A DNA stretch of 64,000 nucleotides from an uncultured Gemmatimonadales bacterium (GTDB taxonomy: Bacteria > Gemmatimonadota > Gemmatimonadetes > Gemmatimonadales > GWC2-71-9). Numbering within the stretch: the stretch's first letter is position 1; every line of letters begins with the position of its first letter. The position numbers and the translations under genes are program-made. Positions 9,595 through 20,280 of this stretch are shown here, piece after piece. The notes under the pieces are model-generated. The model was not told where the DNA came from. It worked only from the letters and a program-made list of their open reading frames with translations, and searched no databases. The DNA is taken from the NCBI GenBank assembly GCA_963795085.1, contig CAWCFX010000001.1, positions 512,001 to 576,000 of the forward strand, read 5' to 3'.

Positions 9595-10245
9595 ATGCCT
9601 TTCCTAGCCATGGCCCCGGGCTACGACCCGGACGCCGCCGTCACCCACCTCCGGGCGGCCGACCCCAGGCTCGGCCTCCTGATCGAACGGATCGGGCCCC
9701 TCCAGCTGGAGGTGGACCGCCTGCAGAGCCCGTTCGCCGCGCTCGCCGAGTCCATCGTGTACCAGCAGCTCACCGGGAAGGCGGCCGCCACCATCCACGG
9801 CCGGCTGGTAGCCCTCTGCCGCCCCCGCCGGAAACTCCGGCCCGCCGACATCCTGGGGTTCAGTGAGGCGCAGTTGCGCGGGGCCGGGCTCTCCCGCGCC
9901 AAGACCGCGGCGCTCAAGGACCTGGCGGCGAAAACCGAGGACGGGCTGGTCCCCACCATGGCCCGGCTGCAGCGAATGCCGGACGAAGAGATCATCGCCC
10001 GACTCACGGCGATCCGGGGGATTGGCCGGTGGACGGTGGAGATGCTGCTCATCTTCCGGCTGGGCCGTCCCGACGTGCTGCCGGTGACGGACTACGGCGT
10101 GCAGAAAGGGTTCAAGCTGGCGTTCAACCGGCGTTCCCTTCCCCTGCCGGCCCAGCTGGCCCGCCATGGCCAGCGTTGGGCGCCCTACCGCTCCGCAGCG
10201 GCCTGGTACCTGTGGCGGGCAACCGATAAGAAAAGTGAAGAGTGA
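9595..10245 (+). CDS. DNA-3-methyladenine glycosylase II (AlkA/HhH-GPD family)
   Basis: SIVYQQL, LTAIRGIGRWT, LPVTDYG, WAPYRSAAAWYLW; TAGAAT 6 nt before ATG. Confidence 0.9.
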   Translation: MPFLAMAPGYDPDAAVTHLRAADPRLGLLIERIGPLQLEVDRLQSPFAALAESIVYQQLTGKAAATIHGRLVALCRPRRKLRPADILGFSEAQLRGAGLSRAKTAALKDLAAKTEDGLVPTMARLQRMPDEEIIARLTAIRGIGRWTVEMLLIFRLGRPDVLPVTDYGVQKGFKLAFNRRSLPLPAQLARHGQRWAPYRSAAAWYLWRATDKKSEE

Positions 10246-10330
10246 GCAGGGAGCAGAGGGTGAAGGGAGAAGTGAGAGGTCAACCAGCCACCTTTCTCAC
10301 CTCTCACTTTCTCACTTAACTCATTTTATC
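10235..10330. repeat. Inverted pair of degenerate heptamer tracts (GTGAGAA-like / TCTCACT-like)
   Basis: Purine tract followed by a complementary pyrimidine tract between convergent genes. Confidence 0.55.
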
Positions 10331-11055
10331 TCTCCACTCACCCGGAGCGGCATCGTCGTCCGGGCCCGCGGTTGGGGCCGGGCGCGGGGGCGGACGAAGG
10401 CCAGCCAGTACCCGGTGATGATGCTGACGATCGAGAGCAGGCAGGCGCCGATGGCGAGGGTGCGATGGACCCAGTCCGCCGAGACCAGCACCTTGATCGC
10501 CGAGAAATCGTGCAGCTTGCCGATGATCGAGCGGAAACGGCGCCGGCTGTCGGCGGACACGATGCTTCCGTTCCGGCCGGAGACGTAGGACACGGTGCCG
10601 GCCGCGTCGCCCAGGGTGACCCGCCAGGCGGGCAGGTCGCCGCTGCCGTAGCGGGCGTCGTAGCCGGTCAGCCGCTCTACCTGGACCGTCCCCGGGGCAC
10701 CCCGAAAGTTCCGCCGCGCGATCGCTTCCGCCATCGCCGCGGTGATCTCCACCGGTTCTCCCGTCGCCGCGTCCACCAGGACAGTTCTTCGCCGCATTTC
10801 TACCTGGTAGAGCACCTGGTCCAGCACCTGGACCAGGGTGACCGACCGGACCGCCAACGCTCCGCTGTCCCGCTCGGCCAGCCGGGCCACCGCCTGGGCC
10901 GGCGCGATGGTGGCACGCGCCACGTCCAGCCGGGCGGGTCCGGCGTCCCGCGGGCGGTTCCGGGGCAGTACCATGATGATCCCGGTGACGGTCCACATCA
11001 GCAGGGCGAGACCGATCACGATTCCCATCCACTTGTGGATCGAGCGTGCGCGCAT
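10321..11055 (-). CDS. PepSY-domain / PepSY-associated TM protein
   Basis: IHKWMG..W..TG N-terminal TM, VLVDAATGE PepSY motif, KLH before the C-terminal TM. Confidence 0.8.
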   Translation of the reverse strand: MRARSIHKWMGIVIGLALLMWTVTGIIMVLPRNRPRDAGPARLDVARATIAPAQAVARLAERDSGALAVRSVTLVQVLDQVLYQVEMRRRTVLVDAATGEPVEITAAMAEAIARRNFRGAPGTVQVERLTGYDARYGSGDLPAWRVTLGDAAGTVSYVSGRNGSIVSADSRRRFRSIIGKLHDFSAIKVLVSADWVHRTLAIGACLLSIVSIITGYWLAFVRPRARPQPRARTTMPLRVSGEIK

Positions 11056-11089
11056 GGCTGGCCAGGTTAAGGAGAAAACGGTTATCGAC

Positions 11090-13925
11090 TCAGGGTGACG
11101 TGGCCACGTCGAGGCGGGGGGTGCGCACCAGGGCGTCGCCCTCGTGCTGGTCCAGCACGTCTCGCAGGTAGCGGCCGGTGTGGGAGCGCGGCTCGGCGGC
11201 GACCAGTTCGGGCGGCCCCTGGACGACCAGCCGGCCGCCCTGGGGGCCGGCTTCCGGTCCCATGTCGATGACCCAGTCGGCCCGCTTGATCACGTCCAGG
11301 TGGTGCTCGATGACGATCACGGTGTGCCCGGCGTCAATCAGCCGATCCAGCACCTGGATCAGCACCCGCACGTCTTCCAGGTGGAGGCCGGTGGTGGGCT
11401 CGTCCATGATGTAGAGCTTGCGGCCGGATTTCTTTCCGGCGCTCAGGAGTTCCCGGGCGATCTTGAGGCGCTGGGCCTCGCCGCCGGAGAGGGTGGTGGC
11501 CGGCTGCCCCAGCCGCAGGTAACCCAGCCCGACCTGCTGCAACTGCCACAGCGCGGCGCCCAGCCTGGGCTGGTGGCGGAACCGGGTGATGGCATCTTCC
11601 ACTGACCACTGCAGCACGTCGTGAATGGACTGGCCCTTGATCCGGATATCGAGAACCTCCCGCTTGAACCGGGTGCCGCCGCAGGCCTCGCAGGGCACGA
11701 ACACATCGGCCAGGAAGACCATCTCCACCTGGACGTGGCCGGCGCCCTCGCATTCCTCGCAGCGGCCCCCTTCCAGGTTGAAGGAGAAGGTGGCCGCGGT
11801 GTATTTCCGCCGCCGGGCTTCCGGCTGGCTGGCGAAGAGTTCCCGGATCTCGTCGAAGGCGCGAATGTAGGTCACCGGGTTGGAACGGGGCGACCGGCCG
11901 ATGGGGCTCTGGTCAATCAGCACCACGTCGCGGACCGGTTCCCACCCGGTGAGTGCCTGCACTTCGCCCACCGGCTCGCCGAGGTGGGACTTGGCGCTGT
12001 GCTCGCCGTGGAGCCGGGCCTCCAGCTGCCGGTAGAGCACATCGTGGAGGAGGGTGCTCTTGCCCGACCCGGAGACCCCGGTGACCGCCGTCAGGGTGCC
12101 CAGGGGAATGTCCACGTCCACGCTCTTCAGGTTATGCAGGGTGGCGCCCCGGATGCCGAGCCAGGCCGGCCCGGCCGGACGGCGGGCGCTGGGCACGCCG
12201 ATCCGTTTCCGGCCGGTGAGGTACTCTCCGGTGAGGGAGGCCGCGGATCCCTCGACCGGGCCGGCGTACACCACGGCACCGCCCCGCTCGCCGGCGCCCG
12301 GCCCCAGCTCCAGCATGAAATCGGCCTGCATGATGGCCGCCGGGTCATGCTCGACGACCACCACCGTGTTGCCCTGGTCGCGGAGCCGCCGGAGCAGCCC
12401 CAGCAGCCGGTCAATATCCCGGGGATGCAGTCCCACCGATGGCTCATCGAGCACGTAGAGGGTATCCACCAGCCGGGATCCCAGCGCGTTGGCCAGCGCG
12501 ATCCGCTGGGCCTCTCCCCCGGAGAGGGTGCGGGTCTGCCGGCCGAAGCGTGAGGTAGCCCAGGCCGACATCCCGCAGGTAGGCGATGCGGCTTTCCAGC
12601 TGTTCCAGGATCAGCCCGGCGACCGCCCGGTCGAATTCGCCCAGTTCGAGGTTTCTGAGCCAGGTGTCCAGCTCGTCCACGGAACGGGCCGAGGCCATGG
12701 AGATCGGCTCGCCCGCCACCTGCACCGAAAGGGCCTGGGGGTTGAGCCGGGCGCCGTGGCAGGCGGGACACGTCAGGGCCAGCTGGTACTGGCGGAGGAA
12801 GACCCGGATGTACTGCTTGTACCGCTTGGCCTCCAGCTCCTTGAGAAAAGGAAAGATTCCCACGTACCGGCCGACCTTCCCGTAGAGCAGTTCCCGCCGG
12901 TCCCTGGCCTTGAGTTTCGACCATGGCTTGTCGGGATCAATCCCCAGCTTCCGGGCCGCCTCGATCACCATGCGGCGGCGGGTCTCGTACCGCGGTTTGG
13001 TCCAGGGGTCAATGGCGCCTTCGGCGAGGCTGCGGGACGGGTCACATACGATGAGCGACTCGTCGTACTCGAGCACGGCGCCGAATCCGTTGCAGCCGGC
13101 GCAGGCGCCCCGCGGATTGTTGAAAGAGAACAGGGCAGGGGTGACCACCGGGGCCGGGGCGTCGCAGGCGCTGCAGGCCGGCCATTCCGAAAAGCGGAGG
13201 CGGGCCAGTTCGCCCAGCACCAGGGCGACGCCCTCCCCCTCCTGGAACGCGGTGGCAATCGCATCGGTGAGTCGGGCCCGGTCCTCCGCCGCCGCCCGGA
13301 GCCGGTCCACCACCACCAGCACCTCCCCGGCGGCCGCCAGGTCGAGCCCGGCCGGCAACTCGTCCAGCCGGACGGGTGCCTCGTCCACGATGGCCCGGAC
13401 AAACCCCATCGCCGCCAGGTTCTCCACGACCAGCGGGTGCGACGTCCGGGCCGCGGGCGGGAGTGGAAATACCACCTGGACCCGGCCCGCCATCCGGTCC
13501 ACCACCGCGTCGGCCGCCGACTGGGGGGTGTCCCGCCGCACCGGTCCGCCACAGATCCGGCAGATGGGCTTGCCCACCCGGGCCCAGAGGAGGCGGAGAT
13601 AGTCGTAGATCTCGGTGGCCGTTCCCACGGTGGAGCGGCTGGAGACGGTCGGGTTCCGCTGCTCGATCGCCACCGCGGGGGCGATCCCCTCCAGCCGGTC
13701 CACCAGCGGCTTGGGCATCCGGTCCAGGAACTGCTTGGCATAGGTGGACAGCGACTCGATATACCGCCGCTGCCCCTCGGCGTAGAGGGTCTCGAAGGCG
13801 AGGGAACTCTTGCCGCTGCCGGAGGGTCCGGTGACCACGGTGAGCGCGCGGTGCGGGATATCTACGGTGACGCCGCGGAGGTTATTCTGGCGGGCGTTGA
13901 CGATGCGAATGACGGGATCGGGCAC
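11090..13925 (-). CDS. uvrA: Excinuclease ABC subunit A (UvrA), +1 frameshift at 12546-12547
   Basis: GPSGSGKSS, EGQRRYIESLS, zinc fingers, LSGGEAQRI, GVSGSGKST, LSGGEAQRL; the two ORFs join as GYLTL/GRQTRTLSGGE if one base is removed. Confidence 0.9.
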
Positions 13926-13988
13926 CAGCCAAATCTAACCGCATTCCCCTAGCCTTAAGCCCCCGTCCTCCTGTACTTTCCCCAGCCA

Positions 13989-15074
13989 ATGGCCAAAAAC
14001 GTCCTCTCCCCCCGTCTCCTGCTCCGGGGCTTCGAGGTATTCCTCCTTATCTCCCTCGTGGGATATGGGGCGGTCCTGCTCTACGGCAACAATCTCCCCG
14101 CATTCGTCGAATCGCTGAAGGGACTCCGCTGGGGCTGGCTCCTGGTGGGCCTGGGCCTGGCCTCCATGGACTGGATCGGCGGCGGCCTCCGGCTCTGGGT
14201 GGTGGCCCGGCAGATCCACCCCAACCCACCTCTCAAGGGAATGATCCTGGCCGGCGGCATGAGCGCCTGGGCGGCCTACCTGACGCCGCTGCAAACCGGC
14301 GCCGGCCCCATGATGATGTACACCATGCGGCGCTATGGCGTCAGCCTGCCGGTCGCGGTGACCAGCACCCTGATGACGTTCATCGCGACGGTCGCCTTCT
14401 TTGCGCTGGCGGGCCCCCTGGCGGTGGTCTTCGGGGCCGGCAAGTCGCTGGGCGACAAGGGGAACGTCCTCGGCCTTTCGCTCTACGATTTGTTCCTCGG
14501 CAGCCTGGGCATCTTCGGCGTGCTGGGGCTCATTCTCATCTTCGTGGTCTTCTTCCCCCGGCTGGTGCGCGACCTGATCCACTGGGTGGCCCAGAAGTTC
14601 GGGCGCCGAAGCCCCCGGGTCGCCGCCAGGGTGGAGCGGCTCCGGATCGGACTCGACGAGGCCCACCGGAGCATCGTCGCCTTCAACTCGCCCCGGGGCT
14701 GGTTGGCCCTGTTCTGGGCGATCATCATCTCGGGACCATCCCACGCCAACAAGCTGCTGGCCGGCTACGTCGCGCTCCGCGCCGTGGGCATCGAAGCCAA
14801 CTTCGTGGACATCCTGCTGGTCCAGACCCTGATCACCTTTCTGCTCTACTTCGCCCCCACGCCGGGCGCGTCGGGCGTGGCCGAGGTGCTGTCCACCCTG
14901 GTGATGGCGGTGTACGTCCCCAAGGGCATTCTCCCCCTCTACACGCTGGTCTGGCGGCTGATCCTCAGCTATTACACCATCGGTTTCGGGTTCCTGGTGT
15001 TCTCGCACTGGGTGCGGCAGGGGATCAAAGGCCTGGGAGAGACGCCGGGAGAAGTGCCGGAAGCAGCGGGATGA
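13989..15074 (+). CDS. Lysylphosphatidylglycerol-synthase TM / UPF0104 flippase-like protein
   Basis: Multi-TM; TP.QTGAG, PTPGASGVAE, WRLILSY. Confidence 0.8.
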   Translation: MAKNVLSPRLLLRGFEVFLLISLVGYGAVLLYGNNLPAFVESLKGLRWGWLLVGLGLASMDWIGGGLRLWVVARQIHPNPPLKGMILAGGMSAWAAYLTPLQTGAGPMMMYTMRRYGVSLPVAVTSTLMTFIATVAFFALAGPLAVVFGAGKSLGDKGNVLGLSLYDLFLGSLGIFGVLGLILIFVVFFPRLVRDLIHWVAQKFGRRSPRVAARVERLRIGLDEAHRSIVAFNSPRGWLALFWAIIISGPSHANKLLAGYVALRAVGIEANFVDILLVQTLITFLLYFAPTPGASGVAEVLSTLVMAVYVPKGILPLYTLVWRLILSYYTIGFGFLVFSHWVRQGIKGLGETPGEVPEAAG

Positions 15075-15128
15075 GACAAGTGAGAGGCAAGAAGTGAGGG
15101 TCGCGTTGGCCATTCAGCCGGGATTGCC

Positions 15129-16913
15129 GTGAATCACCAGGAAGAAACGCTGGACCGCGGGTATGACTCGGCGCTGCTGCGCCGGTTACTGACCTATCTC
15201 CGCCCCTACCGGTGGCACGCCGTCCTGGCGGTGGGGCTGCTGATCGCAACGGCCGGGCTGGCGCTGGTGGGGCCGCTCCTGACCCAGCGGGCGCTGGACG
15301 TCGCGGTGCCCCGGCGGGACGAGGCCCTGCTGGCCACCCTGGCCGGGATCTTCCTGCTGGCGCTGCTGCTGGAGTTTGCGTTCGAATACTTCGGGAGCAT
15401 TCTCGCGGCGTTCATCGGCCAGCGGGTGATGTTCGACCTCCGGATCGAGATCTTCACCCGGCTGCAGCGGCTCAGCATTCCCTATTTCGACCGCAACCCG
15501 GTGGGCCGGCTGATGACCCGGGTCACCTCGGACGTGGAGACGCTGAACGAGCTGTTCTCCTCCGGCCTGGTGACGGTGTTCGGCGACCTGTTCACGCTGC
15601 TCGCCATCATGACCCTGATGCTGGTGACGGACTGGCAGCTGGCACTGGTGGCCTTTGCCGTGATCCCGCTGGTCTTCCTGGCCGCGACCATCTTCCGGCG
15701 GCGGGTGCGGGAAGCGTTCCGGGAGATCCGGGTGAAGCTGGCCCGGATCAACAGCCACCTGCAGGAGCACCTGGGGGGCATCCGGGTGGTGCAGCTCTTC
15801 AACCGGGAGGCGGCCGCCGCGCGCCAGTTCGACGCGATCAACGCGGACCATCTCGAGGCCCACCTCCGCTCCATCCGCATCTACGCGGTGTTCTTTCCGG
15901 TCATCGAGCTGCTCACCTCGATCGCGGTGGCGGCCCTGCTCTGGTACGGCGGCCTCCGCTCGCTGTCCGGGACGCTCACCGTGGGTGTGCTGGCTGCGTT
16001 TATCCAGCTGACCCGGCGGTTCTTCCAGCCGCTGCAGGACCTCTCCGAGAAGTACAACCTGCTCCAGAGCGCCATGGCTTCCTCGGAACGAATCTTCCGG
16101 CTGCTGGACACCGAAGTGACGGTGCCGGAGCCCGCCGCCCCCCGGGCCCTTCCCCAGCCGGTCCGGGGCGAGATCGGGTTCGAAGGGGTGTGGTTCCGGT
16201 ATGCCGAGGACGGCCCCTGGGTGCTCCAGGATATTTCCTTCGTGGCGCCCGCGGGGAAGTCGCTGGCGCTGGTGGGCCACACCGGGGCAGGCAAGACCAC
16301 GATCATCAGTCTGCTGCTCCGGTTCTACGACCCGACCCGGGGGCGGATCACCCTGGACGGCGTGGATATCCGGGAACTCTCCACCGCCGACCTGCGGCGG
16401 CAGATCGGGTTCGTCCAGCAGGATCTTTTCCTGTTCACCGGCGATATCCAGCGCAACCTGGCCCTGGACGCGCCGATCGGGGACGCCGAGGTGGTGGCGG
16501 CGGCGGAACGGGTGGGGGCGGACCGTTTCATTGGCCGGCTGCCTTCCGGGTACCGCCACGTGCTGGGGGAGCGGGGCCGCTCCCTGAGTGTGGGGGAGCG
16601 CCAGTTGCTGAGCTTCGCCCGGGCCCTGGCCCGGGATCCCCGGGTGCTGGTACTGGACGAGGCGACCAGCTCGGTGGATACTCAGGCGGAGGCGCAGATC
16701 CAGCGGGCCATTTCGGAGGTCATGGCGGGCCGGACCAGCCTGGTGGTCGCCCACCGGCTCAGCACCATCCTCCATTCGGACGAAATCCTGGTTCTCCACC
16801 ACGGCGAGATCAGGGAACGGGGGTCGCACCGGGAACTGCTGGCACAGCATGGGCTGTATCAGCGGCTCTACCGGCTGCAGTTTGAGGATCAGCATCCGGC
16901 CCGAAGCGCGTAA
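15129..16913 (+). CDS. ABC exporter, fused permease/ATPase (MdlB/MsbA-like)
   Basis: Six-TM domain, GHTGAGKT, LSVGERQ, LDEATS, AHRLST. Confidence 0.92.
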   Translation: MNHQEETLDRGYDSALLRRLLTYLRPYRWHAVLAVGLLIATAGLALVGPLLTQRALDVAVPRRDEALLATLAGIFLLALLLEFAFEYFGSILAAFIGQRVMFDLRIEIFTRLQRLSIPYFDRNPVGRLMTRVTSDVETLNELFSSGLVTVFGDLFTLLAIMTLMLVTDWQLALVAFAVIPLVFLAATIFRRRVREAFREIRVKLARINSHLQEHLGGIRVVQLFNREAAAARQFDAINADHLEAHLRSIRIYAVFFPVIELLTSIAVAALLWYGGLRSLSGTLTVGVLAAFIQLTRRFFQPLQDLSEKYNLLQSAMASSERIFRLLDTEVTVPEPAAPRALPQPVRGEIGFEGVWFRYAEDGPWVLQDISFVAPAGKSLALVGHTGAGKTTIISLLLRFYDPTRGRITLDGVDIRELSTADLRRQIGFVQQDLFLFTGDIQRNLALDAPIGDAEVVAAAERVGADRFIGRLPSGYRHVLGERGRSLSVGERQLLSFARALARDPRVLVLDEATSSVDTQAEAQIQRAISEVMAGRTSLVVAHRLSTILHSDEILVLHHGEIRERGSHRELLAQHGLYQRLYRLQFEDQHPARSA

Positions 16914-16988
16914 CCTCAGGTCGCTTGCGCCCTTACCGGCTATCCGGGTACGTTTGTCGAAAACCCGTAACGATCGGGAATCCAGGTC

Positions 16989-18521
16989 ATGATGCAACTT
17001 GAGTTCGGCGGGCGGCGTTATGAAATACCCGCCGGCGAACTAACGGTCGGGTCTGACCCCGCCTGTGGGCTGGTGCTCACGGGGCCGGGGGTCCTGCCGC
17101 GCCATGCGGTCCTTAAGGGGAGCGCGGAAGGCAGCGCCGTGATCCAGCGGGGCAGCGCCGACGCGGAGACCCTGGTCAACGGGGTCCGCCTGGCGGCCGA
17201 GCCGGCGCCGATCCTTCACGGGGATAAGATCCAGATCGGGGGGCAGGACCTGCTGGTGGTGGACAGCCGCAAGAGCGGCAGCACCCAGTTCATGGATGCG
17301 TCATCGGTCGCGGCGATGGCGGCGGCGGCCCAATCGGCCCCCAGGGCGGCCAGCCCCGCGCCGGTGACCGGGGGCCGGCTCGTCTGCCTGACCGACGGGC
17401 GGGAATACACCATCGCTCAGACCCTGGTGTTTGGCCGGGAGGCCGGCAGCGACGTGGTGGTGGAGAACACCCAGGTGTCCCGGCGCCACGCCGAGATCGC
17501 GGCGACGGGGGGCGGGTACGTGCTGACGGACCTGAGCACCAACGGCACCTTCGTCAACGGCCAGCGGGTGCAGGGAAGCCGGACGCTGGCCCGGGCAGAC
17601 ATGATCCGGATCGCGGATAACGAGTTCCGGTTTTACGCCGACGTGGTCCCCGCCCCCAAGACCCCAACCCCAGCCCCAGTCCCAGCCGAATCGTCACCGC
17701 CGCCGCCTCCGGCGCCGCCGCCATCCGCGCCCGCCGCCCCGCCGATGCCGCTGTCCACGCCGATGTCGAGCGGGCCTCTACCCGCGCCGCTCAAGCCTCC
17801 GGCCGGCGCCGCGAGCCGGCTTAACGACACCATGCACGGGCAGTCCTTTCGCCCCACGCCCACCCCCACGGCGCCACCGGCCCCCGCGGTCGAGGCGGCG
17901 CGAAGCGGGCCGGGTCCCATGGCGTCGCTGCTGGTGCGAAGCGGGCAGCTCAAGGGCACGCGGCTGCCGATTCGGGTGCCGGTGGTGAACATCGGGCGGG
18001 CGGACTACAACGACGTGGTCCTGGCGGACGAGAGCGTGAGCACGGCGCACGCCAAGCTGCAGCGCCGGGAGGGGGTCTGGACCCTGGTGGACCTGGGGAG
18101 CACCAACGGCACCTTCGTGGATGGAGAGCAGGTGCAGGGCGAGGTCCCCCTGGGACCGGGGGCCACGGTGCGGTTTGGCCAGGTCTCCACCATGTTCGAG
18201 CCCACCGACGACGCGATGGGCGTCGCCAAGGGCAGCGGGACCCGCATGATGGAGCCGGTCCAGGTACCGGTGAAGGCGGAGCCGGCCGCGCCGCCCTCTC
18301 CGCCGCCGTCTCCGTCTCCGGCGCCACCGGCCGCAGTCCGGCCTCCGGCGCCGCCTCCGCCCCCACCGGCGCCCCCCCGGGAGGCTCCGGCCCGTCCGGC
18401 GCCTCGGCGTCCGCCCGTGGTGGTAACGCCGCCCGCCCGGGCTACCGGGTCCAAGTGGCTGTTTCCCCTGGTGTTGGCCGCGGCCCTCGCGGCGCTCATC
18501 CTCTTCCTGTTACAGCGCTAA
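16989..18521 (+). CDS. Triple-FHA domain protein with Pro-rich linkers and C-terminal TM anchor
   Basis: GR..SRRH..STNGT and GR..STAH..STNGT; first FHA is degenerate. Confidence 0.85.
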   Translation: MMQLEFGGRRYEIPAGELTVGSDPACGLVLTGPGVLPRHAVLKGSAEGSAVIQRGSADAETLVNGVRLAAEPAPILHGDKIQIGGQDLLVVDSRKSGSTQFMDASSVAAMAAAAQSAPRAASPAPVTGGRLVCLTDGREYTIAQTLVFGREAGSDVVVENTQVSRRHAEIAATGGGYVLTDLSTNGTFVNGQRVQGSRTLARADMIRIADNEFRFYADVVPAPKTPTPAPVPAESSPPPPPAPPPSAPAAPPMPLSTPMSSGPLPAPLKPPAGAASRLNDTMHGQSFRPTPTPTAPPAPAVEAARSGPGPMASLLVRSGQLKGTRLPIRVPVVNIGRADYNDVVLADESVSTAHAKLQRREGVWTLVDLGSTNGTFVDGEQVQGEVPLGPGATVRFGQVSTMFEPTDDAMGVAKGSGTRMMEPVQVPVKAEPAAPPSPPPSPSPAPPAAVRPPAPPPPPPAPPREAPARPAPRRPPVVVTPPARATGSKWLFPLVLAAALAALILFLLQR

Positions 18522-18525
18522 CCCA

Positions 18526-19311
18526 GTGCGATTCGTCTGCGCGGCGCGCACCGATGTCGGGATCGTACGGTCCGGCAACGAGGACAACTACCTCATGCTG
18601 GCCGACCGGGGCGTCTTCATCGTGGCCGACGGCATGGGCGGGCACGCCGCCGGCGAGGTGGCCAGCGAGATGGCGGTCCGCATCATTTCGAAGGAGTTGG
18701 GGACGCTCCGCGGGATGACGGACGACGCGGTGGGCGACCGCCTCCGCCTCGCGATCCGGGCCAGCAACGAGGCCATCTTCGACCGGACCCTCTCAGAGCA
18801 CGACAAGCGGGGCATGGGGACCACCGTCACCGTGCTGACCCTGCTGCCCCGGCGCTACCTCATCGGCCAGGTAGGGGATAGCCGGGCCTACCTGCTCCGG
18901 GATGGTGTCCTGCTCCAGCTGACCAAGGACCATTCCTACGTGCAGGAACAGGTGGACGCGGGGCTGCTCACCGCCGACCAGGCGCGGGTGCATCCCTACA
19001 GCAACGTGATCACCCGCTGCGTGGGCGCCAGCAACGACGTGGTGCCCGACGTGTACTTCGGCAATCTCCGGGAGGGCGACGTGCTGCTGCTGGCGTCGGA
19101 CGGGCTGACCGGCATGCTGGAGGACGAACAGCTGCAGAAGATCCTCAGCGCCGAGGGAGGCCCCCAGGCCTGGGTGGACCGGATGATTACCGAGGCCAAC
19201 CGGCGGGGTGGGCTGGACAACATCACAGCGATCATCGTCAGGATCGAGGGAATCGACGCGCCGACAGGGGAGCACCCGACGGCGGGGGCAGGGGCGGGGG
19301 CGGGGAAGTGA
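18526..19311 (+). CDS. PP2C-type Ser/Thr phosphatase (Stp1/IreP family)
   Basis: RSGNED, VADGMGGH, GMGTT, VGDSRAY, SDGL, GGLDNIT. Confidence 0.93.
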   Translation: MRFVCAARTDVGIVRSGNEDNYLMLADRGVFIVADGMGGHAAGEVASEMAVRIISKELGTLRGMTDDAVGDRLRLAIRASNEAIFDRTLSEHDKRGMGTTVTVLTLLPRRYLIGQVGDSRAYLLRDGVLLQLTKDHSYVQEQVDAGLLTADQARVHPYSNVITRCVGASNDVVPDVYFGNLREGDVLLLASDGLTGMLEDEQLQKILSAEGGPQAWVDRMITEANRRGGLDNITAIIVRIEGIDAPTGEHPTAGAGAGAGK

Positions 19312-19384
19312 AGAGTGCAGAGTGCAGAGTGCAGAGTGCAGAGTAAAAGTACTGAGTACTGAGTGTTGAGTACTGAGTGCTGAA
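19312..19384. repeat. Heptamer tract GAGTGCA/GAGTACT
   Basis: About 10 tandem 7-mers directly after the stop codon. Confidence 0.8.
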
Positions 19385-19504
19385 TCTGGAGTTCCTTCCG
19401 CTGTATCCCCATCCACGTCCCCCAAACGGCAATCGACAATCGGCAATTGCGTTGGCAGTCGCCAATCGGCAATGCCGGCACTCCTCCTGTGAGGTCTCTT
19501 GTCC

Positions 19505-20280
19505 GGACCGACAGGTGACTGGTTCGTCTCTATACCTTCGTGGTTCACTCCTGCACCGCCATACTTCTGCTGCACCAGCATCACTGTCATGCTGGTGCAG
19601 CAGAACGGTACCGGTGGTACAGCGGAACAGTTCCGCTGGTCACACCGGCACTACCGTATTGTGAGTGCCAGGATCGGGACCGACAGGGGCCCGGTCCGCC
19701 TCTATACCTTCATGGTTCACCCCTGAAACAGGATACTTCCGCTGGTCCAGCGGGACCGTCATGGTGGTGCAGCAGTATGGTACCGGTGGTGCAGCGGAAC
19801 AGTTCCGCTGGTCACGCTGGCACTACCGTGTTGTGAGTGCCAGGATCGGGACCGACAGGGGGCCGGTCCGCCCCTGTACCTTCATGGTTCACCCCTGAAA
19901 CAGGATACTTCCGCTGGTGCAGCAGGACCGTCATGGTGGTGCAGCGGCACGGTTCCGCTGGTTACACTGGCACTACCGTATTGTGAGTGCCAGGATCGGG
20001 ACCGACAGGAGGCCGGTCCGCTTCTATACCTTCGTGGTCCACTCCTGCACCCGGGTTCGTCCGCTGGTTCACCTTGCCCGTCATTGTCAGACAGCGGCTG
20101 GGACCGGAGGGACAGCAGGCCGGTACCGCGCATTACTCTGGCGCTACCTCATTGGGAGGGCCAGAATCGGGACCGGCAGCCGGCCGGTCCATCTCCACAC
20201 CTTGCCGGTCCCCTCCTGCACCCGGGCTGCTCCGCCCTGGCATGGTGAAACGCCACGGTAGCAAGACAGCCAGGATCGGA
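19505..20280. repeat. Tandem array of ~172-bp hairpin-rich non-coding units (about 4.6 copies)
   Basis: Anchor GGACCG(A/G)CAG at 19505, 19677, 19849, 19999, 20170 (spacing 172, 172, 150, 171). Confidence 0.9.

Noticed and set aside
19505..20280. CRISPR or other guide-RNA array
   Set aside because: Units are similar along their whole length with no unique spacers, and no cas or other effector nuclease is in the window.
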